A stretch of 64,000 bases of DNA, taken from Malacoraja senta. Its lineage: Eukaryota. The stretch lies in NCBI GenBank assembly GCA_038087875.1, contig CM075991.1:13580001-13644000 (forward strand), read 5' to 3'. Position 1 is the stretch's first letter. Each line of letters opens with the position of its first letter. Under the pieces are notes generated by a model that made no database searches, was not told the origin of the DNA, and saw nothing but the letters and a program-made list of their open reading frames with translations. This document shows, in pieces, positions 36,375 to 50,150 of this stretch. The position numbers were made by a program, and so were the translations under genes.

Positions 36375-39300
36375 AGAGCTAATAGGACTTGATGTTTCAA
36401 TCCCTGTAATAATTTGGCACTCTTGCTATTTGCAGTGGGATTGGAGTAGTGAAAGGTAGGGTAGGTACGTCATCGGGGTCATCAGGTGGGCACCCTCCTT
36501 CTTTGACGTTTCATTGATAAGCCCACAACATCTCCAGAGGGCTCAACGGTGATACCTGGCATCCCAGTTACACCCCCCTCAATTCCGTACCCTCCTGTCT
36601 TCATCTTGCAGCCCAATTGTTGTCTCTCCTTTTGATCCAAATCCAATTGCTGATTTTTTCTGCAGAATTTGATAATGATTTGATTGCTTGTTGGAGGGAG
36701 CGACCCCTCACCCCCATTTTCTTTAATAGCCTGGTCATAGATGTAGCAACAAATCCCCTGCATCCCACTTCGACAGGGAAAATCTTGGTCTTCCAGCCAT
36801 TCTGGGAAGCTTCAGTTGCCAGTTCAGAGTACTAAGTCTTTTTCCTCTCATAAGCTTCTTCAACACCATCTTCCCATGGAACTGTCAATTCCACAACGTA
36901 TGCCAACTTGGCTGTTGTGGACCACAGGACCATGTCTGGGCGAAGTGTTGTAGCCACAATGTCTGGGGAAACACAAGCCTTTTTTCTAAGTCCACTTCCA
37001 TTTTCCAATCCCGAGCAGGCTGCAGAATGCTTGCATCCATTGATGTTATCTGGTGCTCTGGTGGTTGGCCTGCTGGTACAAATGTTGTGAAGTGGACATT
37101 TCCTGCCGATGTTGGTGGGGAAGCATTTGTGATCGTTCGCCTCTGTTCAAGGATTGATGCCAGCTGTTTGAGAACTTGTTTATGCCGCCAAGTGTAACGC
37201 CCTTGGCCGAGGCTCATAGTGCATTCTGTTAAAATGTGCCTTAGTGATGCAGGTGCTTGGCAAAGGGAGCAAGTGGGGTCTTCTCTGAACCACTGCTTCA
37301 GGTTCTGGGGTGAGGGTAGAACATAAGTGGCTCTGATGACAAAACTGAGCCGAGATCCTTCCATTTGCCAGATGTCACGCCAGCTGAGTTTCCTCTTTAC
37401 CAGGCTCTTCCAGTTAGTCCATTGGCCCTGCTTGGCCATTGAGACGGCCTTGGCGTGTCGCTCTGCCTCCTCCTGTCTTCTCACCTCCTCCACCACAAGC
37501 CGTCTCTACTGCACTGATGTTGCCTTGTGCCATTGAGGAGCTTTTGGGACGAGCCCGAGCCTGGCTCTCCCGTGTTGGTCTTGACCAACCACATCCCGGA
37601 AATGAAGAGCAGACTTAGCACTCTGAACGGCTTCAGATGGGGCCCACTTCCTCCCCGTTGCCACACTGGGGGCCGCTGTTCGAATAACAGTATCTTCAGA
37701 TTCAGTGAGGGTCATGACCAACCTTGCTTTAGTGCATTTGAACTCTTCCACAAGTCCTGCAATGGGTAATTCCAATTTGCCACTCCCGTACAGTCCGACA
37801 GCACTTAAGCATCGTGGAAGTCCAAGCCACTGTTTCACATGTGTGCTGAGCATTCTTTCCAGCTTTTCCACTTTGTTGATGGGGATTTCATACATAGTTA
37901 AAGGCCACATGATTCTTGGTAGAATGCCAAATTGGAAGCACCACAGCTTGAGTTTTCCTGGTAGCAAGGTCTTGTTGATGCAAGCTATGTGCATGATGTT
38001 ATCCTTTTTCAGTTGTTCAAACTGCTCGGTGTCCTTGAGCTTTGCATCATACCATCGGCCCAAACTCTTCACTGGCATTTCTGAAACAGTTGGAACAGGT
38101 ATTCCGTCAATATGAAATCTTTGATCCTTGACTTGACCTTTGACAATGGAGATGCTTCTGCCCTTGCTGGGTTTAATATTCATCCTTGCCCATGTGATGT
38201 TTTGATGAAGTTTTTCCAGAAGTCTCTTGGTGCAGGGGATAGTTGTTGTTAGTGTTGTTATATCGTCCATAAAGGCTCGTACCGGTGGCAATCGCTGACC
38301 ACACTGTAGCCGTTTTCCTCCCACAACCCATTTTGATGCTCTGATAATGAGCTCCATTGCCATAGTGAAGGTCAATGGGGAGATGGTGCACCCCGCCATG
38401 ATGCCTACTTCCAGTGCTTGCCACGCTGTGGTGAAGTCTGATGTTGTGAGACAAAATTGCATATCCTGGAAGTAGTTTTTTACCAGATTTGTTATTATTG
38501 CAAGCACCTGAAAGAATTCAGAAGCAGTCTACAGTAGCGAATGAGGAACTGATCCATAGGTGTTGGCCAGATCGAGGAACAAGACATGCAGATTCTTTCG
38601 TTCTTTCTTATCAGTCTGGATTTGATGCCATATGATGCTGGTATGTTCAAGGCATCCCGAGAAGCCTGCTATGCCAGCCTTTTAGATTGATGTTTCAGCG
38701 AAATGGTTTTGTTTCAGATACTTTAAGTCTTTTCGCCACCACACTGAAAAAGATCTTTCCCTCTATGTTAACATAGAAATATAGAAACATAGAAAATAGG
38801 TGCAGGAGTAGGCCATTCGGCCCTTTGAGCCTGCACCGCCATTCAATATGAACATGGCTGATCACCCAACTCAGTATCCCTTACCTGCCTTCTCTCCATA
38901 CCCCCTGATCCCTTTAGCCACAAGGGCCACATCTAACTCCCTCTAAAATATAGCCAATGAACTGGCCTCAGCTACCTTCTGTGGCAGAGAGTTCCAGAGA
39001 TTCACCACTCTCTGTGTGAAAAAAGTTTTTCTCATCTCGGTCCTAAAAGATTACCCCTCTATCCTTAAGCTGTGACCCCTTGTCCTGGACTTCCCCAACA
39101 TCGGGAACAATCTTCCTGCATCTAACCTGTCCAACCCCTTAAGAATTTTGTAAGTTTCTATAAGATCCCCCCTCAATCTCCTAAATTCTAGCGAGTACAA
39201 GCCGAGTCTATCCAGTCTTTCTTCATATGAAACTCCTGACATCCCAGGAATCAGTCTGGTGAACCTTCTCTGTACTCCCTCTATGGCAATAATGTCCTTC

Positions 39301-39797
39301 CTCAGATTTGGAGACCAAAACTGTACGCAATACTCCAGGTGTGGTCTCACCAAGACCCTGTACAACTGCAGTAGAACCTCCCTGCTCCTATACTCAAATC
39401 CTTTTGCTATGAAAGGTTTATTAAGAAGGTTTATTTGCCGAAACTGTGCGATGGTGGAATCATTTTTTTCTTTTGGGATCAGGACTCGCCCCGCTCTTCG
39501 CCAGGCTTTGGGGATGACTTCCTTTTCCCACGCAACCCTCATGTTCCTCCAGAGGAATTTCAGAATATCTGGGGCATTCATGTAGACACAATACGGAACA
39601 CCATTAGGGCCTGGTGCAGAGGCCGTTCTTGCCTTCCACACTACTTTTACCTCAGCTTGGGAGGGCTGGTGTCAAATTGATGTTGTGGGGGTGAGATTGG
39701 TGGGATGTCAGCAGGGACAAAAATCGGTTCATCTATTAACTCATCAGTGTGGATGGTTCTGATGTGTCCTCCAACCTCCTTTTTTGACGATGATGAT
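36375..39797 (-). mobile_element. HERO-like non-LTR retrotransposon (RT + CCHC + restriction-like endonuclease), copy A, 5'-truncated and inactivated
   Basis: SAPGPNG, LDLANTYGSVPH, GIMAGCTISP, AFMDD (RT); CSLC...HILTEC (CCHC); REL region as in copy C; sits inside an old CR1 that resumes at ~39798. Confidence 0.8.
38771..39415 (-). mobile_element. CR1 3' fragment inserted in HERO copy A only
   Basis: The target CTCTATGTTAAGAAGG is empty in copies B (~44760) and C (~49763). Confidence 0.9.
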
Positions 39798-41299
39798 AAT
39801 GCTGGGGTCACGGACAGTGAGGTAGGCTGTCAAAGTATTCAGCAGGATATAGATCAGATGCAGAAATGGGTGGAAAAATGGAGGATGGAGTTTAACCCGA
39901 GCATGTGTGAGGTGTTGCACATTTTCGAGGCCAAAATGTAAGGAGAAAATATACAATCAATGCAATGGCCATAACAGTGTAGATGTACAGAGGGATCTTG
40001 GGGTCCAAGTCCATAACACAAGTAGCCTTGCAGGACAGTGACTTGGTGGACAGTCAAACAGGGAGCATAACACCAGGTGTGTGGAGGAGTGGTGTATGCG
40101 ACGTGACTTTTGTGTCACTGCAGCGTTTTCCAGGTAACACGGGGACTAAGATTGCAAAAGAGCCGAGAGACCATCTCTGCTCAAACTATAACTCAGCACT
40201 GGGCAGTGTGCCGTGGCAGAACTAAGTCATTTGAGGGACAGCAGACAACAGGTACACCACTGCTGACTGTTTGATTTCAGTTTAAGTGTGGATTTTTATT
40301 TTCATTTTTGTGTACATAATTGAATTGCAGATGTCTGTTCATAAAGTAGTATTTATCATGCATCTGCTGGTCTGATTAGTGTAGGTAGATCTGCAAACAT
40401 AGCCCTTGAATTCATTGCATTGTCTGTTTTATTGTCAGAATGTAGGCTAGTGCTTCATTTGTCAGCTGAATGATAAAAAATACTGGAAAAACTTCTTTGT
40501 GTTTAATTTGCTAATTGACATGTGCGGTAAGCCCTATTGCAAACCACCGTTGTTTGCTGTGATGCTCCATTTATCAAGATGTGTAAAAATGGCCTTTATT
40601 TATTGAACAAGATGAATAAAGACTTTCACATTCACAGTGCGGTTTGTCTTATTTTCTGAGGTAAAATTATTTTACATTTAAAAGGCACAGCAAATGATTG
40701 TGAGATGTAAGATGTGAGTGGATCGCATCCTCTATTTGGTGTTTCATGATGAAGGAAATAGTACATTATAGTTATGATACTATGGAATTATATTTAAATG
40801 AACAAACGGTGAGAATCAAATGGATTCTTAAGGTGTTTAACTATCACCCACTACAAAATGTGGGAGTTTTCAAATAAAACAAAAACAATCTCAAACAGGG
40901 AAAAAACACCATTAACATACAAATAAGAATCTACATCAAAAGACAAACTTTACTACAGACCCATGTCTCTGAGCCTCTCTCTCTCCCTTCATCCAAAGCT
41001 GTTTTTGTTTCACGGAGACAAATTCAGATGCCAATGCAGTTAAGGCTGTTACAGCAGGTGCAGATGTGTGAAAGTGAGTAGGGTTCTCTGGAAAAGAATT
41101 AGGAAGTACATGTTAAAAGCTTTTTAGCAGACCATAAAAAGGTGCAGTTGGGTTATTCCAGATTTTACTGTAAACTTTATGAAAATGTATTATCTTTTCG
41201 GGCATATCATGGACTATTCTTGCATCACATCACTCAAGGAAGATAATTAGTTTAATGGCCTTATGCGGTTGTGAATGAAAATTATTTAAACTACAATCT

Positions 41300-42432
41300 T
41301 TTTTAAAAATATTTTATTTATTAGAAGTAATGTACATTACAGTGATATAAGCCAAAAATAACATAATACATTTCCTGTACCACTTCTTGTTTTAAACTTT
41401 AAAAAGGAGAAGAATAGAGAGAGTTAGATAAGATAGTAAGTGCGTGAAAGAGTGATCAGGAGAAACCCGTAGAAACGTAAAACACGAGAAAGAGTTAAAA
41501 CGAAAACCAAAGGAAAAGAAAGAGAAAAATAGAAAACAGAAGATATAAGAAAGTAAAATAAGATAAAAGTGATGTACCTACTTCGTATCTTTACACAACC
41601 CCTCACCAGGTCCTGAAACCATTTATTTTTAAAGTTATGTTGCACCCTATGCCTGTAATAAGTCGATAAATGGAGACCAATTCTTTTGGAAATGGTCTGA
41701 TTTGCCTGCTAGGATGAATCTCATGTCTTCCAGGTTTAACATTTCGGACATATTTGAAATCCACATTTTTATCGTTGGTGTGGGAGCGTTTTTCCAGAAT
41801 TTAAGTATAATTTATTTTGCCATTATTAAGCCGTAATTAAGGAAGCTCTTTTGGAACAAACTCAGCTCAAAGCTGGCTTCCAATGTTCCAAAAATAATCA
41901 ATTCTGCATTCGGTTTCAGTTTTATTTTAAATAATTTATTTAATAGGTCTGGAGACAAATTTTGATATTCTTGTGTATATTTTTTCAATTAATCACGGAT
42001 TTGAAAATATTTAAAATATTGATTACTTCTCAGATTGTATTTAAATTGTAGTTGTTGGAATGATAAAAAATTTCCATTTTCATACATGTCTCCAAACGTT
42101 TTAATTCCTATTCTTTCCCAATGTGTAAATGATTTATCTATAATCATTTGGTTTAAACGACGGATTATTAACTATGGGAGAGAGAAGCGATAGGTTTCTT
42201 AATTTTAGGGTTAATTTTATTTGTTTCCAAATTCTATTTGTACTATGAATAATTGGATTTTTACTGTATATTGTATTATTCCGTTTTATGAGAGAAGGAT
42301 CGCTCCTATATTAAAAGGGGAGCAATCCTCTCTCTCCATTACTATCCAATCCATCCGTTGGGCAGAGTTGTCCAACAGGTGAATCACATTTTTGACATTT
42401 GCTGCCCAATAAATACAAAAAATTAGGGAGTG
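41300..42432 (-). mobile_element. L1-clade LINE 3' fragment, copy A (internally deleted), 14-bp TSD
   Basis: TTAAACTACAATCT at 41286-41299 and 42433-42446; homologous to 51705-53211 but lacks ~380 bp. Confidence 0.85.
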
Positions 42433-42848
42433 TTAAACTACAATCTAACACAAAATAATACACTTTGAATTGTACACTTGTGCTGCCTGGTAATGTGGCT
42501 ATGCCCAGTTGCAATGTGTGCTCCCTGTAGCCTCGCTGACTGCATTTGAATTAGAGAATCATATATTAGAGGAGCTCAATGCATTAAAAAAAATCTCACT
42601 GAGCACTTCAATGTCAAAGGACTACACTAATGGAAGCGTTCATCTGATTTTCAATACCTGATCAAAATAGGGCAAAGGATGAGGCAGTAGATATGTGGGG
42701 CACGGCACCACTGTTTCATGTGCCACTTCTTTCAATTCCTGCGCAGACAACAACACACATTAAATCATTGTGACAATCACATATGAGAAGTAACGATATT
42801 GAAGCCAAGCGATAACAGAAGTAGTTATAACTGAAATGGCATATTTAC

Positions 42849-43031
42849 ATTCTCGTGGTAGACGATTGCATTAGTCAAGAGAAGTTTTGTGAACGCCCAC
42901 ACGTTCCCTGTGGGATTGTTGGTTATCACTGAGGACACACACTCACAGACTTTAAATACATGGTCGTATTGCGGTGTCGTTTCCCTGCGTGCATCACTCA
43001 TCACTTTTATACCTTTTACAAGGTCAGTGAG
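42849..43031 (-). pseudogene. Candidate orphan exon (183 nt, phase 0-0); paralog 53355-53537 has an in-frame stop
   Basis: Acceptor TTCTTATGTTTCAG, donor AAT|GTAAAT, open 61-aa non-TE-like peptide LTDLVKGIKV...NAIVYHEN. Confidence 0.4.
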
Positions 43032-43462
43032 CTGAAACATAAGAACCCATGTTAAGAGCGCAATGGTGGATGGATGGATGCATTGGCGAATGAGAATTGA
43101 AATGTGCTGACTTCTAACTCTATGTACTTACAACAGTCAAGTGGTCTTTAAAACCTCTCCCTTCGTCATCCCCTCCAGGCGTGGTGCCGCCACTGTTGCT
43201 CTCCTACAACATCTGCCTCATGGAATGCTGGTGCATGGGCCCGGCTAAGAGGTCCCCTCCAGAGGATCATCCACCTCCTGCTCACTGCTCTGTTGTTGAT
43301 GCTGGAATCATTTTTAAAATGTGTCCAGAGCCTCATGACTGTAACTATGACATGAGGCAACAGACTCATTATCCTCGAGGTCCTTTATCAAATCCGGTTC
43401 ATTACATAACACTAAATCCAGAATTGCCCCACTGCAAACGGTTGTTGGTGGTGGCAACTGCT

Positions 43463-43728
43463 TTGAAATGAAGTGGTAGGTAACTGCACTTGAATTCGGT
43501 GGCCTTGCACCCTGCTTGAAATGGCATGAAACTGCATTTGGATTTGGTGGCCTTGCACCCTGCTTGAAATGGCATGAAACTGCATTTGAATTTGGTGGCC
43601 TTGCACACTGCTTGAAATGGCATGAAACTGCATTTGAATTTGGTGGCCTTGCACCCTGCTTGAAATGGCATGAAACTGCACTTGAATTTGGTGACCTTGC
43701 ACCCTGCTTGAAATGGCATGAAACTGCC
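43463..43728. repeat. 48-bp minisatellite, about 5.5 units
   Basis: Unit TGCTTGAAATGGCATGAAACTGCATTTGAATTTGGTGGCCTTGCACCC. Confidence 0.92.
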
Positions 43729-44519
43729 ATCGCGGATTAGGTGGCCCAAGTGTGACAGTCCCTTTGGTCAGCCACAGTCGCCTCATTGTTCCCTCAGAAT
43801 CTTTCTTCCTCTTTGGGATGAAAAGATCCTGCAACTTCCAAATTATTCTCAGAAACTTCTGCCATTGCTGTTTCACAATCATTCTTCCTTGGATCGCCTT
43901 GTACTCAACAATAGCCACCTCCTTACGTATGCCTCTGTAGTTACCTTGACACTACAGTAATGCCATCACATCTGATTTCATCATCTTCTCAAACTGCAGG
44001 TTGAATTTTATCATATTATGTCACAAATTCCTAGGGGTTCCTTTACCTTAAGGTCCCTAATCAAATCCAGTTCTTGCACAACACCGAATCCAGAATTGCC
44101 TTTTCCCTGGTAGGCTCAACCACAAGCCGCTGTAAGAAGCCATCTCGCAGGCACACTACAAATTCCTTCTCTTGGGATGCAGTACCAGCCTGATTTTCCC
44201 AGTCTACCTGCATATTGAAATTCCCTGTAACATGGCCTTTCTTACATGCTGATTGTATCTCCTGCTGTAATTTGTACTCTTCATCCTGACTCGTGAGCGT
44301 CACATCAGTGGTACGGAAGGTATTGAAGAGGATTCTTCAAGATAGGATTTACTCCCATTTGGAAGAAAATGGGCTAATTAGGGATAGCCACCATGGCTTT
44401 GTACATGGCTGGTCGTCTTATTAACTTGTTTGAGTGGGACAGGCCCTTAAGAGAGCAAAAGAGCAGAGAGACCATCTCTGCTCATACTATAACTCAGCAA
44501 TGGGCAGTGTGCCGTGGCA

Positions 44520-45150
44520 GAAGCAGTCTACAGTAGTGAATGAGGAACTGATCCATAGGTGTTGGCCAGATCGAGGAACAAGACATGCAGATTCTTTCGT
44601 TCTTTCTTGGCAGTCTGGATTTGATGCCATATGATGCTGGTATGTTCAAGGCATCCCGAGAAACCTGCTATGCCAGCCTTTTGGATTGACGTATCAGTGA
44701 AATGGTTTTGTTTCAGATACTTTAAGTCTTTTCGCCACCACACTGAAAAAGATCTTGCCCTCTATGTTAAGAAGGTTTATTTGCCGAAACTGTGCGATGG
44801 TGGAAGAATTTTTTTCTTTTGGGATCAGGACTCCCCCTGCTCTTCGCCAGGCTTTGGGGATGACTTCCTTTTCCCACGCAACCCTCATGTTCCTCCAGAG
44901 GAATTTCAGAATATCTGGTGCATTCTTGTAGACACAATACGGAACACCATTAGGGCCTGGTGCAGAGGCCGTTCTTGCCTTCCTCACTACATCTTTTACC
45001 TCACTCAGCTTGGGAGGGTTGGTGTCAAATTGATGTTGTGGGGGTGAGATTGGTGGGATGTCAGCGGGGACAAAAATCGGTTCATCTTTTAACTTCAGTG
45101 TGGATGGTTCTGATGTGTCCTCCAACCTCCTTTTTTGACGATGATGATAT
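44520..45150 (-). mobile_element. HERO-like element, partial copy B (arose by segmental duplication)
   Basis: ORFs 44528-44743 and 44694-45125 are nearly identical to 49531-50128; same 5' junction with the old CR1. Confidence 0.8.
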
Positions 45151-46357
45151 TGCTGGGGTCAGGGACAGTGAGGTAGGCTGTCAAATATTCAGCAGGATAT
45201 AGATCAGATGCAGAAATGGGTGGAAAAATGGAGGATGGAGTTTAACCCGAGCATGTGTGAGGTTTTGAGAGGCCAAAATGTAAGGAGAAAATATACAATC
45301 ATTGCAATGGCCATAACAGTGTAGATGTACAGAGGGATCTTGGGGTCCAAGTCCATAACACAAGTAGCCATGCAGGACAGTGACTTGGTGGACAGTCAAA
45401 CAGGGAGCATAACACCAGGTGTGTGGAGGAGTGGTGTATGCGACGCGACTTTGGTGTCACTGCAGCGTTTTCCAGGTAACACGGGGACTAAGATTGCAAA
45501 AGAGCCGAGAGGCCATCTCCGCTCATACTATAACTCAGCACTGGGCAGTGTGCCGTGGCAGAACTAAGTCATTTGAGGGACAGCAGACAACAGGTAAACC
45601 ACTGCATGAGGAGAACCCACATGCAGACAAGATCATTTAATGTTATGTTTAGTTTAAATCCTGCTGAATTTGTTTGATTTCAGTAAGTGTGGATTTTTAT
45701 TTTCATTTTTGTGTAAATAATTTCATTGCAGATGTCTGTTCATAAAGTAGTATTTATCATGCATCTGCTGGTCTGATTAGTGTAGGTAGATCTGCAAAAC
45801 ATAGCCCTTGAATTCATTGTATTGTCTGTTTTATTGTCAGAATGTAGGCTGGTGCTTCATTTGTCAGCTGAATGATAAGAAATACTGGAAACACTTCTCT
45901 GTGTTTCATTTGCTAATTGACATGTACGGTAAGCCCTATTGCAAACCACTGTTGTTTGCTGTGGTGCTCCATTTATCAAGATGTGTAAAAATGGCCTTTA
46001 TTTATTGAACAAGATGAATAAAGACGGTGTGGTTTGTCTTATTTTCTGAGGTTAAATTATTTTACATTTAAAAGGCACAGCAAATGATTGTGAGATTGTA
46101 AGATGTGAGTAGATCGCATCCTCTATTTGGTGTTTCATGATAAAGGAAATAGTACATTAAAGTCATGATACTATGGAATTATATTAAAATGAAAAACGGT
46201 GAGATTCAAATGGATTCTTAAAAAGGTGCTTAACTATCACCCACTACAAAATGAAACAATCTCAAACAGGGAAAAAACACCATTAACATACAAATAAGAG
46301 TCTACATCAAAAGGTAAACTTTACGACAGACCCATGTCTCTGAGCCTCTCTCTCTAC

Positions 46358-46469
46358 CTTCATCCAAAGCTGTTTCTGTTTCACGGAGACAGCTGTCTCC
46401 ATATCCAGATGCTAATGCAGTTAAGGCTGTTACAGCAGGCTGCAGATGTGTGAAAGTGAGTAGGGTTCT
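46358..46469 (-). pseudogene. Candidate following exon, intact only in copy B
   Basis: Acceptor CTAATTCTTTTCCAG, phase-0 open RTLLTFTHLQPAVTALTALASGYGDSCLRETETALDE, donor GAAG|GTAGAG; copies A and C are frameshifted and lack this GT. Confidence 0.35.
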
Positions 46470-46704
46470 CTGGAAAAGAATTAGGAAGTACATGTTAAAA
46501 GCTTTTTAGCAGACCATAAAAAGGTGCAGTTGGGTTATTCCAGATTTTACTGTAAACTTTATGAAAATGTATTATCTTTTCAGGCAAATCATGGACTATT
46601 CTTGCATCACATCACTCAAGGAAGACCATTAATTTAATAGCCTTATGCGGTTGTGAATGAAAATTATTTAAACTACAATCTAACACAAAATACTACGCTT
46701 TGAA

Positions 46705-47528
46705 TTGTATAATGTGCATAAATGTGAGGTTATCCACTTTGGTGGCATAACAGGAAAGTAGACTATTATCTGAATGGTGGCCGATTAGGAAAAGGGGAGA
46801 TGCAACGAGACCTGGGTGTCATGGTACACCAGTCATTGAAAGTGGGCATGCAGGTGCAGCAGGCAGTGAAGAAAGCGAATGGTATGTTAGCATTCATAGC
46901 AAAAGTATTTGAGTATAGGAGCAGGGAGGTTCTACTGCAGCTGTACAGGGTCTTGGTGAGACCACACCTGGAGTATTGCATACAGTTTTGGTCCCCTAAT
47001 CTGAGGAAAGACATTCTTGCCATAGAGGGAGTACAGAGAAGGTTCACCAGACTGATTCTTGGGATGTCAGGACTTTCATATGAAGAAAGACTGGATAGAC
47101 TTGGCTTGTACTCGCTATAATTTAGAAGATTGAGGGGGGATCTTATAGAAACGTACAAAATTCTTAAGGGGTTGGACAGGCTAGATGCAGGAAGATTGTT
47201 CCCGATGTTGGGGAAGTCCAGAACAAGGAGTCACAGTTTAAGGATAAGGGGGAAATCTTTTAGGACCGAGATGAGGAAAACATTTTTCACACAGAGTGGT
47301 GAATCTCTGGAATTCTCTGCCACAGAAGGTAGTTGAGGCCAGTTCATTGGCTATATTTAAGAGGGAGTTAAATGTGGCCCTTGTGGCTAAAGGGATCAGG
47401 GGGTATGGAGAGAAGGCAGGTACAGGATACTGAGTTGGATGATCAACCATGATCGTATTAAATGGCGGTGCAGGCTCGAAGGGCCGAATGGCCTACTCCT
47501 GCACCTATTTTCTATGTTTCTATGTTTC
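46705..47528 (+). mobile_element. CR1 3' fragment at the B/C junction
   Basis: ORFs 46800-47120 and 47130-47336; (TTTCTATG)n tail ending ~47528. Confidence 0.9.
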
Positions 47529-47529
47529 T

Positions 47530-50150
47530 AACATCTCCAGAGGGCTCAACGGTGATACCTGGCGTCCCAGTTACACCCCCCTCTATTCCGTACCCTCCTG
47601 TCTTCATCTTGCAGCCCAATTGTTGTCTCTCCTTTTGATCCAAATCCAATTGCTGATTTTTTCTGCAGAATTTGATAATGATTTGATTGCTTGTTGGAGG
47701 GAGCGACCCCTCACCCCCATTTTCTTTAATAGCCTGGTCATAGATGTAGCAACAAATCCCCTGCATCCCACTTCGACAGGGAAAATCTTGGTCTTCCAGC
47801 CATTCTGGGAAGCTTCAGTTGCCAGTTCAGAGTACTAAGTCTTTTTCCTCTCATAAGCTTCTTCAACACCATCTTCCTATGGAACTGTCAATTCCACAAC
47901 GTATGCCAACTTGGCTGTTGTGGACCACAGGACCATGTCTGGGCGAAGTGTTGTAGCCACAATGTCTGGGGGAAACACAAGCCTTTTTTCTAAGTCCACT
48001 TCCATTTTCCAATCCCTAGCAGGCTGCAGAATGCTTGCATCCATTGATGTTATCTGGTGCTCTGGAGGTTGGCCTGCTGGTACAAATGTTGTGAAGTGGA
48101 CATTTCCTGCCGATGTTGGTGGGGAAGCATTTGTGATCGTTCGCCTCTGTTCAAGGATTGATGCCAGCTGTTTGAGAACTTGTTTATGCCGCCAAGTGTA
48201 ACGCCCTTGGCCGAGGCTCATAGTGCATTCTGTTAAAATGTGCCTTAGTGATGCAGGTGCTTGGCAAAGGGAGCAAGTGGGGTCTTCTCTGAACCACTGC
48301 TTCAGGTTCTGGGGTGAGGGTAGAACATAAGTGGCTCTGATGACAAAACTGAGCCGAGATCCTTCCATTTGCCAGATGTCACGCCAGCTGAGTTTCCTCT
48401 TTTCCAGGCTCTTCCAGTTAGTCCATTGGCCCTGCTTGGCCATTGAGACGGCCTTGGCGTGTCGCTGTGCCTCCTCCCGTCTTCTCACCTCCTCCACCAC
48501 AAGCCATCTCTTCTGCACTGATGTTGCCTTGTGCCATTGAGGAGCTTTTGGGACGAGCCCGAGCCCGGCTCTCCCGTGTTGGTCTTGACCAACCATATCC
48601 CGGAAATGAAGAGCAGACTTAGCACTCTGAACGGTTTCAGATGGGGCCCACTTCCTCCCCGTTGCCACACTGGGGGCCGCTGTTCGAATAACACTATCTT
48701 CAGATTCAGTGAAGGTCATGACCAACCTTGCTTTAGTGCATTTGAACTCTTCCACAAGTCCTGCAATGGGTAATTCCAATTTGCCTCTCCCGTACAGTCC
48801 GACACCACTTAAGCATCGTGGAAGTCCAAGCCACTGTTTCACATGTGTGCTGAGCATTCTTTCCAGCTTTTCCACTTTGTTGATGGGGATTTCATACATA
48901 GTTAAAGGCCACATGATTCTTGGTAGTATGCCAAATTGGAAGCACCACAGCTTGAGTTTTCCTGGTAGCAAGGTCTTGTTGATGCGAGCTATGTGCCTGA
49001 TGGTATCCTTTTTCAGTTGTTCAAACTGCTCGGTGTCCTTGAGCTTTGCATCATACCATCGGCCCAAACTCTTCACTGGCATTTCTGAAACAGTTGGAAC
49101 AGGTATTCCGTCAATATGATATCTTTGATCCTTGACTTGACCTTTGACAATGGAGATGCTTCTGCACTTGCTGGGTTTAATATTCATCCTTGCCCATGTG
49201 ATGTTTTGATGAAGTTTTTCCAGAAGTCTCTTGGTGCAGGGGATAGTTGTTGTTAGTGTTGTTATATCATCCATAAAGGCTCGTACCGGTGGCAATCGCT
49301 GACCACACTGTAGCCGTTTTCCTCCCACAACCCATTTTGATACTGATAATGAGTTCCATTGCCATAGTGAAGGTCAATGGGGAGATGGTGCACCCCGCCA
49401 TGATGCCTACTTCCAGTGCTTGCCACGCTGTGGTGAAGTCTGATATTGTGAGACAAAATTGCATATCCTGGAAGTAGTTTTTTACCAGATTTGTTATTAT
49501 TGCAGGCACCTGAAAGAATTCAGAAGCAGTCTACAGTAGTGAATGAGGAACTGATCCATAGGTGTTGGCCAGATCGAGGAACAAGACATGCAGATTCTTT
49601 CGTTCTTTCTTGGCAGTCTGGATTTGATGCCATATGATGCTGGTATGTTCAAGGCATCCCGAGAAACCTGCTATGCCAGCCTTTTGGATTGACGTATCAG
49701 TGAAATGGTTTTGTTTCAGATACTTTAAGTCTTTTCGCCACCACATTGAAAAAGATCTTGCCCTCTATGTTAAGAAGGTTTATTTGCCGAAACTGTGCGA
49801 TGGTGGAAGAATTTTTTTCTTTTGGGATCAGGACTCGCCCCGCTCTTCGCCAGGCTTTGGGGATGACTTCCTTTTCCCACGCAACCCTCATGTTCCTCCA
49901 GAGGAATTTCAGAATATCTGGGGCATTCTTGTAGACACAATACGGAACACCATTAGGGCCTGGTGCAGAGGCCATTCTTGCCTTCCTCACTACATCTTTT
50001 ACCTCACTCAGCTTGGGAGGGTTGGTGTCAAATTGATGTTGTGGGGGTGAGATTGGTGGGATGTCAGCGGGGACAAAAATCGGTTCATCTTTTAACATCA
50101 GTGTGGATGGTTCTGATGTGTCCTCCAACCTCCTTTTTTGACGATGATGA
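47530..50150 (-). mobile_element. HERO-like non-LTR retrotransposon, copy C
   Basis: ORF 47877-49328 (483 aa): AFMDD, CCHC, RPDMVLWS...VVELTVP; several stops and frameshifts. Confidence 0.82.

Noticed and set aside
43463..43728. Regular 48-bp repeats as a CRISPR array or repeat protein
   Set aside because: Head-to-tail units with no unique spacers, no cas genes, eukaryotic context.
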